A stretch of 64,000 bases of DNA. Source: Lachnospiraceae bacterium (GTDB lineage Bacteria; Bacillota; Clostridia; Lachnospirales; Lachnospiraceae). The position numbers were made by a program, and so were the translations under genes. The stretch spans positions 6,710 through 70,709 of the forward strand of contig JAQXJP010000003.1 of NCBI GenBank assembly GCA_029008875.1. The letters are read 5' to 3'. Shown here in pieces: positions 1 to 9,330 of this stretch. Positions within the stretch are counted from its first letter, which is position 1, and each line of letters begins with the position of its first letter. The notes beneath the pieces were generated by a model. That model did not search any database and was not told where the DNA came from. It saw only the letters and a program-made list of their open reading frames with translations.

Positions 1-23
1 AATAAAAATTTTTATTTTGGGGG

Positions 24-50
24 TTAAGTATCGGAAAACTCATCCGATAT
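24..50 (+). promoter_or_regulatory. Sigma28/SigD-type flagellar promoter of flagellin 1
   Basis: TAAG (25-28), 14-nt spacer, TCCGATAT (43-50); the same layout recurs before flagellin 2; matches the SigD consensus TAAA-N14-16-GCCGATAT. Confidence 0.8.
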
Positions 51-118
51 ATAAGTTACAAAGGGAAGATGCAACAGAGTGTACGGCTGGTGCTTCGGAT
101 CTTACAACAAGTTAATAT

Positions 119-134
119 GTAGCAAGGATGCTAC
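119..134 (+). promoter_or_regulatory. CsrA-type binding hairpin in the flagellin 1 leader
   Basis: GTAGCA-AGGA-TGCTAC: 6-bp stem with GGA in the loop; further GGA motifs lie up to the Shine-Dalgarno, as in CsrA-regulated B. subtilis hag. Confidence 0.6.
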
Positions 135-161
135 GGATTTTATTTCAAGGAGGAAAATATT

Positions 162-968
162 ATGGTAGTACAACACAACATGCAGGCTATGAATGCTAGC
201 CGAGTTCTCAACGTAACAGCTGGACAGCAGGCAAAGAGCACAGAGAAGTTATCTTCGGGATACAGAATCAACCGTGCAGCAGATGATGCAGCAGGTCTCT
301 CTATTTCTGAGAAGATGCGTAAGCAAATCAGAGGTCTTGACCGTGCTTCAACAAATGCACAGGATGGTGTATCTGCAGTACAGACAGCTGAAGGTGCTTT
401 GGCAGAAGTTCACTCAATGCTTCAGAGAATGAACGAATTGGCAGTTCAGGCAGCAAACGGAACAAACTCATCCAAGGATATCTCTGCAATCAGCAACGAA
501 GTTACTGCATTGAAAGCAGAGATGGATCGTATCGCTGATACAACCGACTTTAACGGAAAGAAGATGTTGGCTGGCTCAAGTGTAGCTATTTTTGTTGGTT
601 ACACAACAGCATCACAGAACACTATTACCATCAGCGGACAGGACTTGAAGTCGAAAGTTAGTAGCCTTGGACAGTTTTCAACAAGTTCTGCTGCTAAAAC
701 AATGCTTGGTAAGATTTCTACAGCAATTGAAGAGATTTCAACAATGAGATCTGATTTCGGTGCTGTTCAGAACAGACTTGAGCATACCATCGACAACTTG
801 GATAACGTTGTTGAGAACGTAACTGCATCTGAGTCACGTATCCGTGATACAGATATGGCTGACGAGATGGTTAAGTACTCTAAGAACAACATTCTTACAC
901 AGGCTGGCCAGTCAATGCTTGCACAGGCAAATCAGTCAACTCAGGGTGTATTGTCATTACTTCAGTAA
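162..968 (+). CDS. fliC: Flagellin (short, 268 aa)
   Basis: N-terminal EKLSSGYRINRAADDAAGLSISEKMR and C-terminal QNRLEHTIDNL...SRIRDTDMA...LAQANQ flagellin motifs; AGGAGG RBS. Confidence 0.98.
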   Translation: MVVQHNMQAMNASRVLNVTAGQQAKSTEKLSSGYRINRAADDAAGLSISEKMRKQIRGLDRASTNAQDGVSAVQTAEGALAEVHSMLQRMNELAVQAANGTNSSKDISAISNEVTALKAEMDRIADTTDFNGKKMLAGSSVAIFVGYTTASQNTITISGQDLKSKVSSLGQFSTSSAAKTMLGKISTAIEEISTMRSDFGAVQNRLEHTIDNLDNVVENVTASESRIRDTDMADEMVKYSKNNILTQAGQSMLAQANQSTQGVLSLLQ

Positions 969-1020
969 TTTAGGACAGTTACAACATCTGAGAAACAAAG
1001 TATTCGTACACAATACTAGG

Positions 1021-1050
1021 AAGGGAGCCATAGGATTCTATGGCTCCCTT
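1021..1050 (+). terminator. Intrinsic terminator-like hairpin after flagellin 1
   Basis: Perfect 13-bp stem AAGGGAGCCATAG / CTATGGCTCCCTT with a GATT loop. Confidence 0.75.
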
Positions 1051-1070
1051 TAACATATGAGGGTAAAATA

Positions 1071-1895
1071 ATGTCAGATAAACCAGGCGTAAGCATAATT
1101 ATTCCGACTTTTAACCGAGCAAATCTTCTTCCACGAGCAATTCGTTCTATACAACAACAAAGTTATGGAAACTGGGAACTTATTATTGTGGATGACGGTT
1201 CTACAGACGGGACGGAGCAGGAAATCAAGAAAATTCAAGATGAACGCATTCGATATATACGGAATGAAGAAAATATTGGGGCGGCGGAATCCAGAAATCG
1301 GGGAGTTTCATTGGCACAATATGATTTTATTGCATTTCAAGACAGTGATGATGTGTGGAGACCTGATAAATTAGAGAAGCAGATGAACTATCTGTGTAAA
1401 GGAAACGATTATGATATGGTATATTGTTCCTTTCTACACCATTATCTTGACGGAGGTGAGTTGGTCGTTCCGAATCAACAGCTGGGGGATCGAGAAGGGT
1501 GTATTTTCAATACTTTGTTGGTCAATAATGTAGTTGGTACCCCTACAATACTGATAAAGAAAGACAGATTTTTGGCTTGTGGTGGATTTGATATATCATT
1601 GAGAGCTTTGGAGGATTGGGATTTCGCATTACGGGTTTCCAAGGATAGTAGGATAGGATTTTTATCGGAAATACTAGTAGACGCATATCAGACTTCCGGA
1701 AGCATATCCTATGACGGAGCGGGATACTATGAAGCGAGATGTAAGATGATAGCATGTAACGTAGACTATTTACAGGAAATAGGATTGTTTGATCAACTTG
1801 TTATGGATATATTTCATGGGGCTGAACAGAGGGGCGTCCTAGATGCGGTGGAAAAAATATTTTTGATGTCGCTAAAAAAGTATTACAAAATATAA
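1071..1895 (+). CDS. GT2-family glycosyltransferase
   Basis: VSIIIPTFNR, IIVDDGSTD, IAFQDSDDVW and EDWDF GT-A motifs. Confidence 0.92.
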   Translation: MSDKPGVSIIIPTFNRANLLPRAIRSIQQQSYGNWELIIVDDGSTDGTEQEIKKIQDERIRYIRNEENIGAAESRNRGVSLAQYDFIAFQDSDDVWRPDKLEKQMNYLCKGNDYDMVYCSFLHHYLDGGELVVPNQQLGDREGCIFNTLLVNNVVGTPTILIKKDRFLACGGFDISLRALEDWDFALRVSKDSRIGFLSEILVDAYQTSGSISYDGAGYYEARCKMIACNVDYLQEIGLFDQLVMDIFHGAEQRGVLDAVEKIFLMSLKKYYKI

Positions 1896-1914
1896 AAAAA
1901 GTGAAAATAATAGG

Positions 1915-1941
1915 TTAAGAGAATAGAAATGTGTCCGATAT
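1915..1941 (+). promoter_or_regulatory. Sigma28/SigD-type promoter of flagellin 2
   Basis: TAAG (1916-1919), 14-nt spacer, TCCGATAT (1934-1941). Confidence 0.8.
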
Positions 1942-1951
1942 ATTGAGTGTA

Positions 1952-1968
1952 AAGCAAAGGATGTGCTT
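1952..1968 (+). promoter_or_regulatory. Candidate CsrA site in the flagellin 2 leader
   Basis: AAGCA-AAGGATG-TGCTT hairpin with GGA in the loop. Confidence 0.45.
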
Positions 1969-2062
1969 ACAGAGGGGCCGAAAGGAGACCGGTGCCTGGC
2001 CCTAAATAATTCAAAAATAACAAGAATAAGGATATGATTTTTTATTCAAGGAGGAAACCACT

Positions 2063-2869
2063 ATGGTAGTACAGCATAACATGCAGGCAGCAAATGCCAG
2101 CAGAGTATTAAACATCACAGCAGGGCAGCAGACAAAGAGTTCCGAGAAGTTATCTTCCGGATACAGAATCAACCGTGCGGCAGACGATGCGGCTGGGCTT
2201 TCTATTTCCGAGAAGATGCGTAAGCAGATTAGAGGTTTGGATCGTGCATCAACAAACGCACAGGATGGTGTGTCAGCGGTCCAAACAGCGGAAGGTGCAC
2301 TGAACGAAGTGCATTCTATGCTTCAGAGAATGAATGAGTTGGCAGTTCAAGCTGCAAATGGAACGAACTCTTCCAAAGATATTACAGCAATTAGCAATGA
2401 GGTTACTGCATTGAAGGCCGAGATGGACCGTATTGCAGATACCACAGATTTTAACGGTAAGAAAATGTTGGCAGGATCTGGAGTATCAATTTTTGTAGGA
2501 TATACAACTGCAAGCGCAAACTCCATTGAAATTACTGGACAGGATTTGAAAGGCGCGGTAAGTTCCATTGTTGCATTTACCACCAGTTCTGCGGCAAAGG
2601 CTATGCTTGGGACAATTTCTGCTGCGATTGAAGAAATTTCTACGATGAGATCTGATTTTGGTGCTGTTCAGAACAGACTTGAACATACTATTGACAACCT
2701 TGATAATATCGTTGAGAATGTAACGGCGTCTGAGTCACGTATCCGCGATACAGATATGGCTGATGAGATGGTTAGATACTCTAAGAATAACATTCTTACA
2801 CAGGCCGGCCAGTCAATGCTTGCTCAGGCAAATCAGTCAACACAGGGTGTTCTGTCATTACTTCAGTAA
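2063..2869 (+). CDS. fliC: Flagellin (short, 268 aa), close paralog of 162-968
   Basis: Same flagellin motifs and length; differences are concentrated in the central variable segment. Confidence 0.98.
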   Translation: MVVQHNMQAANASRVLNITAGQQTKSSEKLSSGYRINRAADDAAGLSISEKMRKQIRGLDRASTNAQDGVSAVQTAEGALNEVHSMLQRMNELAVQAANGTNSSKDITAISNEVTALKAEMDRIADTTDFNGKKMLAGSGVSIFVGYTTASANSIEITGQDLKGAVSSIVAFTTSSAAKAMLGTISAAIEEISTMRSDFGAVQNRLEHTIDNLDNIVENVTASESRIRDTDMADEMVRYSKNNILTQAGQSMLAQANQSTQGVLSLLQ

Positions 2870-2900
2870 TTGGCACAAACAGCTTATTAAGCAAAATCCA

Positions 2901-2931
2901 AAGGGGATCACGGCATGTGGTCCCCTTTTTT
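2901..2931 (+). terminator. Intrinsic terminator after flagellin 2
   Basis: AAGGGGATCAC / GTGGTCCCCTT stem followed by a T run. Confidence 0.75.
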
Positions 2932-2964
2932 AAGTAGTAAGAGACAAAAGACAGGGGAAGCAAT

Positions 2965-4143
2965 ATGAATAAACCAATCCTTTCTATCTCCATTTTAATC
3001 TCCAATCATTATGAAAATGTAAAGCGCTGTCTGGATTCCGTAAGACCGCTCATGGATGCTGTCTCATCGGAACTGATTCTCACCGATACCGGGGTGGATG
3101 AAAGGGTGCGGGGGCTTTTGGAACAATATACCGACCACATTATCGACTTTACCTGGTGCCAGGACTTTTCTGCGGCGCGGAACGTGGGCCTTAGGGAGGC
3201 AAAGGGACATTGGTTTCTCTATATTGACGATGATGAATGGTTTGAGGATACAAAGGGCATTTCCGATTTCTTAAATTCTGCGGAAGAGCGTTCCTATAAT
3301 GTGGCGTTTTATACCCAGAGAAACTATCTCGATTTTGGAGGGGAGCACTATATCGATCATAAGGTGGATCGGTTATTGCGGATAACTCCACAGCTCCATT
3401 TTGAGCACAGAGTTCATGAAGCCTATACCGGCATTACCATTGGGCAGAAGAAAGTTTTGGATTGCTTTGTTCATCATTACGGCTATATCTATGCGAATGA
3501 ACAGGAAATGTTGAAAAAGCATAACAGGAATCAACAATTGCTGGAATTGGAGTGCAAGGAACATCCCAACGATATGCGCATGCAGTATCAACTCATTATG
3601 AATCAGTATGAAACCCAGGATTGGGATAAAGCCATCACATATGCTCTGTCTGCCATTCGGCAGAAAAGTGACTCGGAATTTTGGGATGCCTGCCACACTT
3701 CCATTCTGTATTGCCTTGAAAAAAAGCAGGATTGGAGCAGTCTCATCCAATATGGAGAAGAATTTCTAAAAAAGAAAATCTATCCTTTTGATCGGTTTGG
3801 AATATTACAGTTTCTGATAACTGCATATTGGAATGTGGGTGACCGAAAGAAGGTATGCGATTTGGGATCGGACGCTTTAGATTTATATACGCAGTATAAG
3901 AAAGATTCTTCCTTCTTTAACAGAAACCAATTAATGAGAACGGAGTTTGTGGAAAAAGAAAACATGACGTATATGTTAATTTATATGATAACAGCAGGTT
4001 TATGTCTGAACTGCTCCGATTTCATCACAGAATTAAGTACGGGTGTGACCGCAGCGGATGTTGCGGAGATTTTGGCGCAGCCATCCATCGAAAACTGGAT
4101 TGCGAGTCAGGTAAATTCCTACCAAATTAATGGCGGAATTTGA
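2965..4143 (+). CDS. GT2 glycosyltransferase with helical (TPR-like) C-terminus; candidate flagellin O-glycosyltransferase
   Basis: DTG...WCQDFSAARN...WFLYIDDDE...RVHE...HYGY motifs typical of flagellin-linked GT2s; lies directly after flagellin. Confidence 0.85.
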   Translation: MNKPILSISILISNHYENVKRCLDSVRPLMDAVSSELILTDTGVDERVRGLLEQYTDHIIDFTWCQDFSAARNVGLREAKGHWFLYIDDDEWFEDTKGISDFLNSAEERSYNVAFYTQRNYLDFGGEHYIDHKVDRLLRITPQLHFEHRVHEAYTGITIGQKKVLDCFVHHYGYIYANEQEMLKKHNRNQQLLELECKEHPNDMRMQYQLIMNQYETQDWDKAITYALSAIRQKSDSEFWDACHTSILYCLEKKQDWSSLIQYGEEFLKKKIYPFDRFGILQFLITAYWNVGDRKKVCDLGSDALDLYTQYKKDSSFFNRNQLMRTEFVEKENMTYMLIYMITAGLCLNCSDFITELSTGVTAADVAEILAQPSIENWIASQVNSYQINGGI

Positions 4144-5333
4144 GAGACAGACGGAGGATAAGAGGAATGCGAATACTTCTGTACGACTGGAATGAAAACT
4201 CCACCTATATCAATCGATGGGATATTAAACAAACTTTTTGTTCCCTTCATATAGATTTTGATACATTTCTGTTCGACTTTGAGAAGCAGGAGCAGGAGGA
4301 ATTGGTTCGCCTATTTTCTTCTTTTCAGATATCAAAATATGATTTTTGTTTTTCCATCAATTACTTTCCCGGAGTTTCGGAAGCTTGCATGGAAAATAAT
4401 ATAAAATATATCTCTTGGGGATATGATTGCCCGTTCAATGTGAAGAACATCGAAAGGACGTTGGGAAATCCTTGCAATTATGTGTTCTGCTTTGATCGGG
4501 TACAGGCGGAAGGATACATCAGACAAGGGTTTGATACGGTGTTCTATATGCCACTGGGAGTGAATGTCGATAGATACGAGAAAATAATGATCAGTTCCGA
4601 GTATTTGGCAAAATATGGAGGGGACATAAGCTTTATCGGTAGCCTGTACGAAGGACAATACTCTGCAATCGCTGAGGTGTGTGATGATTATCACAGAGGA
4701 TATCTGGAGGCAATCATTAACTCTCAACAGCAATTATACGGGGGATATATTCTGAATGATGCAATTTCCCAAGGGCTGGTGGATGAAATAAACAGGCATT
4801 TTAAGGAAGTGGAGAAAGATACAAAATTTTCACTGACCAAAGAACAATTGGTGCATGTGCTGGATCAGGAGACAAGCCGAAGAGAGCGCCTCCTACTGCT
4901 GACGCTTTTGGCCAGACGATTTGATGTGCATCTGTACTCTTATCAGGCATATCAGGGGCTGACGGGGGTAAAACTGCACGATGCGGTGGATTATGTTACC
5001 GAGATGCCGTATGTATTTGCCTCATCAAAGATTAATCTGAATATCAGCGTAAAAGGAATACAGTCGGGAATGCCTCAACGAACTTTGGACATTATGGCTA
5101 GTGGGGGCTTTTTGCTGTCGAATTTTCAACCGGAACTGGTGGAGTATTTCTCGTGCGGAGAAGATATGGAAACCTATTCCAGCATGGAGGAAGCGGTTGT
5201 AAAGAGTCGATTTTATCTCGAAAATCCTGATATAAGAGAGAGAATTGCAAAAAAAGGTCGGGAAAGAGTGTATCGGGAACACAACCTGAAGGACAAAATC
5301 TGTCAAATGATTGAGTTTTGCAAGGAGAATTAG
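4140..5333 (+). CDS. CgeB/DUF3880-type glycosyltransferase (probable start ATG 4167)
   Basis: YISWGYD, DISFIGSLY, SKINLNIS...QRTLDIMASGGFLLSNFQPEL motifs. Confidence 0.82.
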   Translation: MRDRRRIRGMRILLYDWNENSTYINRWDIKQTFCSLHIDFDTFLFDFEKQEQEELVRLFSSFQISKYDFCFSINYFPGVSEACMENNIKYISWGYDCPFNVKNIERTLGNPCNYVFCFDRVQAEGYIRQGFDTVFYMPLGVNVDRYEKIMISSEYLAKYGGDISFIGSLYEGQYSAIAEVCDDYHRGYLEAIINSQQQLYGGYILNDAISQGLVDEINRHFKEVEKDTKFSLTKEQLVHVLDQETSRRERLLLLTLLARRFDVHLYSYQAYQGLTGVKLHDAVDYVTEMPYVFASSKINLNISVKGIQSGMPQRTLDIMASGGFLLSNFQPELVEYFSCGEDMETYSSMEEAVVKSRFYLENPDIRERIAKKGRERVYREHNLKDKICQMIEFCKEN

Positions 5334-6504
5334 GATGAAGATACTGTTTATCGAATGGAATAGTCTATGCATTGCAGACGTGAAATCAGCCTTCGCAAAT
5401 CTGGGATATACATGGGAAGGTGTTGCAGCACCAAAAAAAGACAGGTTTGAACGGAATGAGGAATTTGAAGATCGGGTTGAGAAAAAGATAGTAGCGTACA
5501 AACCGGACTTTGTGTTCAGTATGAATTTTTTCCCAAGCGTATCCATTGTATGCAACAAAACCAATACGAAATATCTGTCCTGGATCTATGATAACCCCCA
5601 GACTTCCGCTTATCATATCAGTGTGAAAAATGAATGTAATTATGTGTTTTCCTACGACTCCCATATGGTGGAACAATTAAGGGGCAGGGGAGTTCCACAT
5701 ATTTATTATGCACCGATGGCTGTAAATGCGAGAAGGCTGCAAACATTGACTCCGGATCAGATGGATGAGGTAAAATATTCCTGTGACGTAGCGTTTGTGG
5801 GATCTTTGTACAACGAAGGGACTGACTATTACAGCATTATGCTCGCTAAGGCCAATGATCCCTATTTCACCGGATTTCTGGAAGGATTACTAAATTCACA
5901 GAAACTGGTCTACGGGTATAATTTTATGGCAGAGGTGTTGACGGCACCCATTGTTGAGAAATTTCGGGATTGTGCCAAGGATTTACTGCCGGAGGATTCC
6001 CTGCTCACAGAGAGGGAAATATATGCGGATGTATTTTTATCTCAGAAATTAGCGACCATCAATCGGATGGAATTGCTGTATATGTTAGGAAACTATTTTG
6101 ATGTCCATTTCTATACATACAACGAAAGCATGCTAGAAAACGTGAAGCACAGAGGCACTGTGAATTATGAATCAGAAATGCCTAGGCTGTTTCAGGTTGC
6201 AAAAATTAATTTGAATGATACCCGCCGGAGCAATAAAAATGGAATTCCTCTCAGAGCAATGGATATTATGGGATGCGGAGGCTTCTTGTTATCAAATTAT
6301 CAGGAGGATTTTTTCCGACATTTTGAGCCGGGGGTTCACATGGATATGTATGGCAGCCTCGAAGAAGCTGTTGATAAATGCGATTTTTATCTCAAACATG
6401 AAATAGAAAGAGAGCAAATCAAACAGAAAGCCAGAGAAATAATGGCGGCGGAACACACTTATGAGATTCGACTTGGGGAGATGCTAAAAACAGCAAAAAT
6501 TTGA
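5311..6504 (+). CDS. CgeB/DUF3880-type glycosyltransferase (probable start ATG 5335)
   Basis: YLSWIYD, DVAFVGSLY, AKINLND...LRAMDIMGCGGFLLSNYQ; paralog of the upstream gene. Confidence 0.82.
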   Translation: MSFARRIRMKILFIEWNSLCIADVKSAFANLGYTWEGVAAPKKDRFERNEEFEDRVEKKIVAYKPDFVFSMNFFPSVSIVCNKTNTKYLSWIYDNPQTSAYHISVKNECNYVFSYDSHMVEQLRGRGVPHIYYAPMAVNARRLQTLTPDQMDEVKYSCDVAFVGSLYNEGTDYYSIMLAKANDPYFTGFLEGLLNSQKLVYGYNFMAEVLTAPIVEKFRDCAKDLLPEDSLLTEREIYADVFLSQKLATINRMELLYMLGNYFDVHFYTYNESMLENVKHRGTVNYESEMPRLFQVAKINLNDTRRSNKNGIPLRAMDIMGCGGFLLSNYQEDFFRHFEPGVHMDMYGSLEEAVDKCDFYLKHEIEREQIKQKAREIMAAEHTYEIRLGEMLKTAKI

Positions 6505-8345
6505 ATGAAACGGAGAAGATGATGTTAGAGTTTTCAAAAGAGTTTTTTGAACGCGAAGAAAGAGACGGATTTGTCATTGAACCTATGATGAAAAGTGCAT
6601 GGGCAGCAAATCTGGAAGTGTTACATATAGTTGACAGAATCTGTAAGGAGCATGATATTCGCTATTTTGCTGATTGGGGAACGCTTCTTGGGGCAGTGCG
6701 TCATCACGGGTACATACCATGGGATGATGATATTGATATCTGTATGCTCCGGAATGACTATAAGAATTTTTGTAAAGTTATTGAAGAATATAGGGATGAA
6801 GTCGCATTACTAAATATAAAGACGGTAGAGGATTGGGGAGAAAAGGTCGATAAGGTTATAAATATTTCTGCATTCACAACAAATCGTCAAGAGATTAAAG
6901 AATATCATGGATTTCCATTTACAGCAGGGATTGATATTTTTGTGGTTGATTATGTTCCTCGCAACAAAAGCGAAGAAAACGCATGGTTGACTATTATGCG
7001 GTACATTTCAGCGGTAGGACATATTCGGGAAGAGATGGCCGATTTAGTACCAGAAGGCGAAGACTACAAAAAACTAAAAAGAGATGAAAAGGAAATGGTG
7101 GCGTTAATCCAGGAAATGACAAACGTAAAATTTTCTCGGCCAAATCCTTCTACTCAAGAACTGTTGCTGTTAAAGAATAGAATATGTAGCTTATATAAGG
7201 ATGAGGATGCAGACTTTTTGACACAGGCAGACTGTCTTGGACAGGGACGTGATTATTATTTGCCGAGAGAAGTGTATGCTGATGTAATTTGGATGCCTTT
7301 TGAAAATACTATGGTACCGGTGCCGGCAGGATACGAATTTTTACTTCTAAAAAAGTACGGGGATGACTATATGATACCGAGAAACGTTGGAGCGGGGCAT
7401 GATTATCCATTTTATAATATAGCAATTCGAGAAGTAGCAACGGTAAGAGGAGTGGAAGAAGAAGAAATTCGTCAACTGGCAACAAAAATCGGACCACAAT
7501 ATTATTCTAAATTTATTCATAAAACAACCCAAACATCGGTTTCATTTCCGGCTCCTTTTTTTGAAGAAGAGGAAATTGATGGAGTTATAGTAGGAGAAGA
7601 GAGAAAGAGAATCTGGGCTGCACAACTCGAAGTATACCTTGAAGTAAAAAGGCTGTGTGATGAGAATAATCTTAAACTGTATGTTATTGGAGATACACTT
7701 CAAGGTGCGATAAAAAGGAATGGATATCTTCCACTTTCGGAAGACTTCCATTTGGCAATGATGCGGCAAGACTATATGAAATTACTTCCAATCCTTCAAG
7801 AGGAATTGGATCCATGGTTCGATTATCGAAATATATACTCGCATGATGGGCATGAGGATATGCGTTGCTATGTCATCACAGATAGTTATTTATGTGACGA
7901 GAACGAATACAAGAAGCGCTTTCATGGATGTCCACATATTGTGGGGGTGGATATTGCATCAATTGATGGGATATCCGAGGAGCCCGCGAAAGAAGAACTC
8001 CGAAAGAATTTGATTCAGAATCTGCTTAAGACTGCAAAGAGTATGCCGTTCAATCCGCCATATACTCAAGAGGTAATCAACATAATTAAAGAGTGGAAGG
8101 AATTAACAGCAATTGAGGTAGATGTCAATAATAATTTGAGACGGGAATTTGTGAAAGCAGCGGATGCTGTGGCAGGAGCATATCGAGGGGAATGCGAGAA
8201 TGTGCGTATTTCAGCCAATCTGCAGGAGGGAAAAGATACAGTTTATAAAAAGAAATGGTTTTATGATACAATGACAATAAAGTTTGAAGGCATCGAAATA
8301 CAGGTGCCGGTAGGGTACAGAGAGATTGGGGAGAACGAGTGTTAA
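6501..8345 (+). CDS. licD: LicD-family phosphotransferase with two LicD repeats, the second degenerate
   Basis: N-half has WGTLLGAVRHHGYIPWDDDIDI; C-half has GDTLQGAIKRNGYLPLSEDFHL. Confidence 0.85.
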   Translation: MNETEKMMLEFSKEFFEREERDGFVIEPMMKSAWAANLEVLHIVDRICKEHDIRYFADWGTLLGAVRHHGYIPWDDDIDICMLRNDYKNFCKVIEEYRDEVALLNIKTVEDWGEKVDKVINISAFTTNRQEIKEYHGFPFTAGIDIFVVDYVPRNKSEENAWLTIMRYISAVGHIREEMADLVPEGEDYKKLKRDEKEMVALIQEMTNVKFSRPNPSTQELLLLKNRICSLYKDEDADFLTQADCLGQGRDYYLPREVYADVIWMPFENTMVPVPAGYEFLLLKKYGDDYMIPRNVGAGHDYPFYNIAIREVATVRGVEEEEIRQLATKIGPQYYSKFIHKTTQTSVSFPAPFFEEEEIDGVIVGEERKRIWAAQLEVYLEVKRLCDENNLKLYVIGDTLQGAIKRNGYLPLSEDFHLAMMRQDYMKLLPILQEELDPWFDYRNIYSHDGHEDMRCYVITDSYLCDENEYKKRFHGCPHIVGVDIASIDGISEEPAKEELRKNLIQNLLKTAKSMPFNPPYTQEVINIIKEWKELTAIEVDVNNNLRREFVKAADAVAGAYRGECENVRISANLQEGKDTVYKKKWFYDTMTIKFEGIEIQVPVGYREIGENEC

Positions 8346-9316
8346 TTTTTGATGAAAGTTATTTTGCCGAAGAAGAACGAGATGGATTTGTTATCTCATC
8401 AATGATGAAGCGCGTGTGGGCGGCACAGATTTGCGTGCTTGAGGAGGTTCGTCGTGTGTGCGAGATGCTTCACATTCCATTCTTTGCAGATTGGGGAACC
8501 TTACTTGGAGCTGTGCGACATCATGGCTTTATCCCATGGGATGACGATATGGATATATGTATGTTGCGCAAGGATTATATGCGCTTTTTGGAGGCGGCAC
8601 CGGAAATTCTAAAGCCTCCTTTTGAAATAAAAAGCGTGTACAACGATCCCACCGATGATATAATAAAAGCAAGAATCATTAACGGGCGGCATATGAACTT
8701 TGAACAGGACTTTTTGGAGCAGTTTTATGGATGCCCATATGTGGTGGGAATTGACATCTTTCCGATTGATAACATTACCGAAGATCAAAAGCAATTAGAG
8801 GAACAGATACGGACGTTGCGCTTTGTCTTAAAGGCAGCAGCCAGTGTTCCGGAGGAACCGCCATATGAGGACGATGTACTTGAGCTTTTGCAGCAGATTG
8901 AGAATACCTTCGGATTTGCAATAGATTACAACAATCGTCCGGCACATGAGCTAAAGAAGCTCTATGATATTCTCTGCAGTTGGTATATGCATGAGGATAC
9001 TAAGGAAGTGACCTCGATGATTGATTTGGCCAATGGCTGGGATTATCATGCAAAGAGGGCATGGTTTTCTGAGATTATTGAGATGCCCTTTGAGAACACC
9101 ACAATACCAGTACCGGCGGGTTACGATGGTCTGCTTTGCATTAAGTATGGAAAAGATTATATGACACCGAGACAGGTCAGCTCACACGAGTATCCATTTT
9201 TCAAGGAACAGATGCTTGGCCTAAAGGAGGTTATGGAGGAAGAATTCCAGACACAGTTGTCCGAAGAACAAATGTATCAGCTGATTGAAATGAAAGCGTT
9301 GGGGACAGCTTTCTAA
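8339..9316 (+). CDS. licD: LicD-family phosphotransferase
   Basis: WGTLLGAVRHHGFIPWDDDMDI, GIDIFPID, FE...PVPAGYD motifs. Confidence 0.88.
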   Translation: MLIFDESYFAEEERDGFVISSMMKRVWAAQICVLEEVRRVCEMLHIPFFADWGTLLGAVRHHGFIPWDDDMDICMLRKDYMRFLEAAPEILKPPFEIKSVYNDPTDDIIKARIINGRHMNFEQDFLEQFYGCPYVVGIDIFPIDNITEDQKQLEEQIRTLRFVLKAAASVPEEPPYEDDVLELLQQIENTFGFAIDYNNRPAHELKKLYDILCSWYMHEDTKEVTSMIDLANGWDYHAKRAWFSEIIEMPFENTTIPVPAGYDGLLCIKYGKDYMTPRQVSSHEYPFFKEQMLGLKEVMEEEFQTQLSEEQMYQLIEMKALGTAF

Positions 9317-9330
9317 AACAGGAGGGACAA

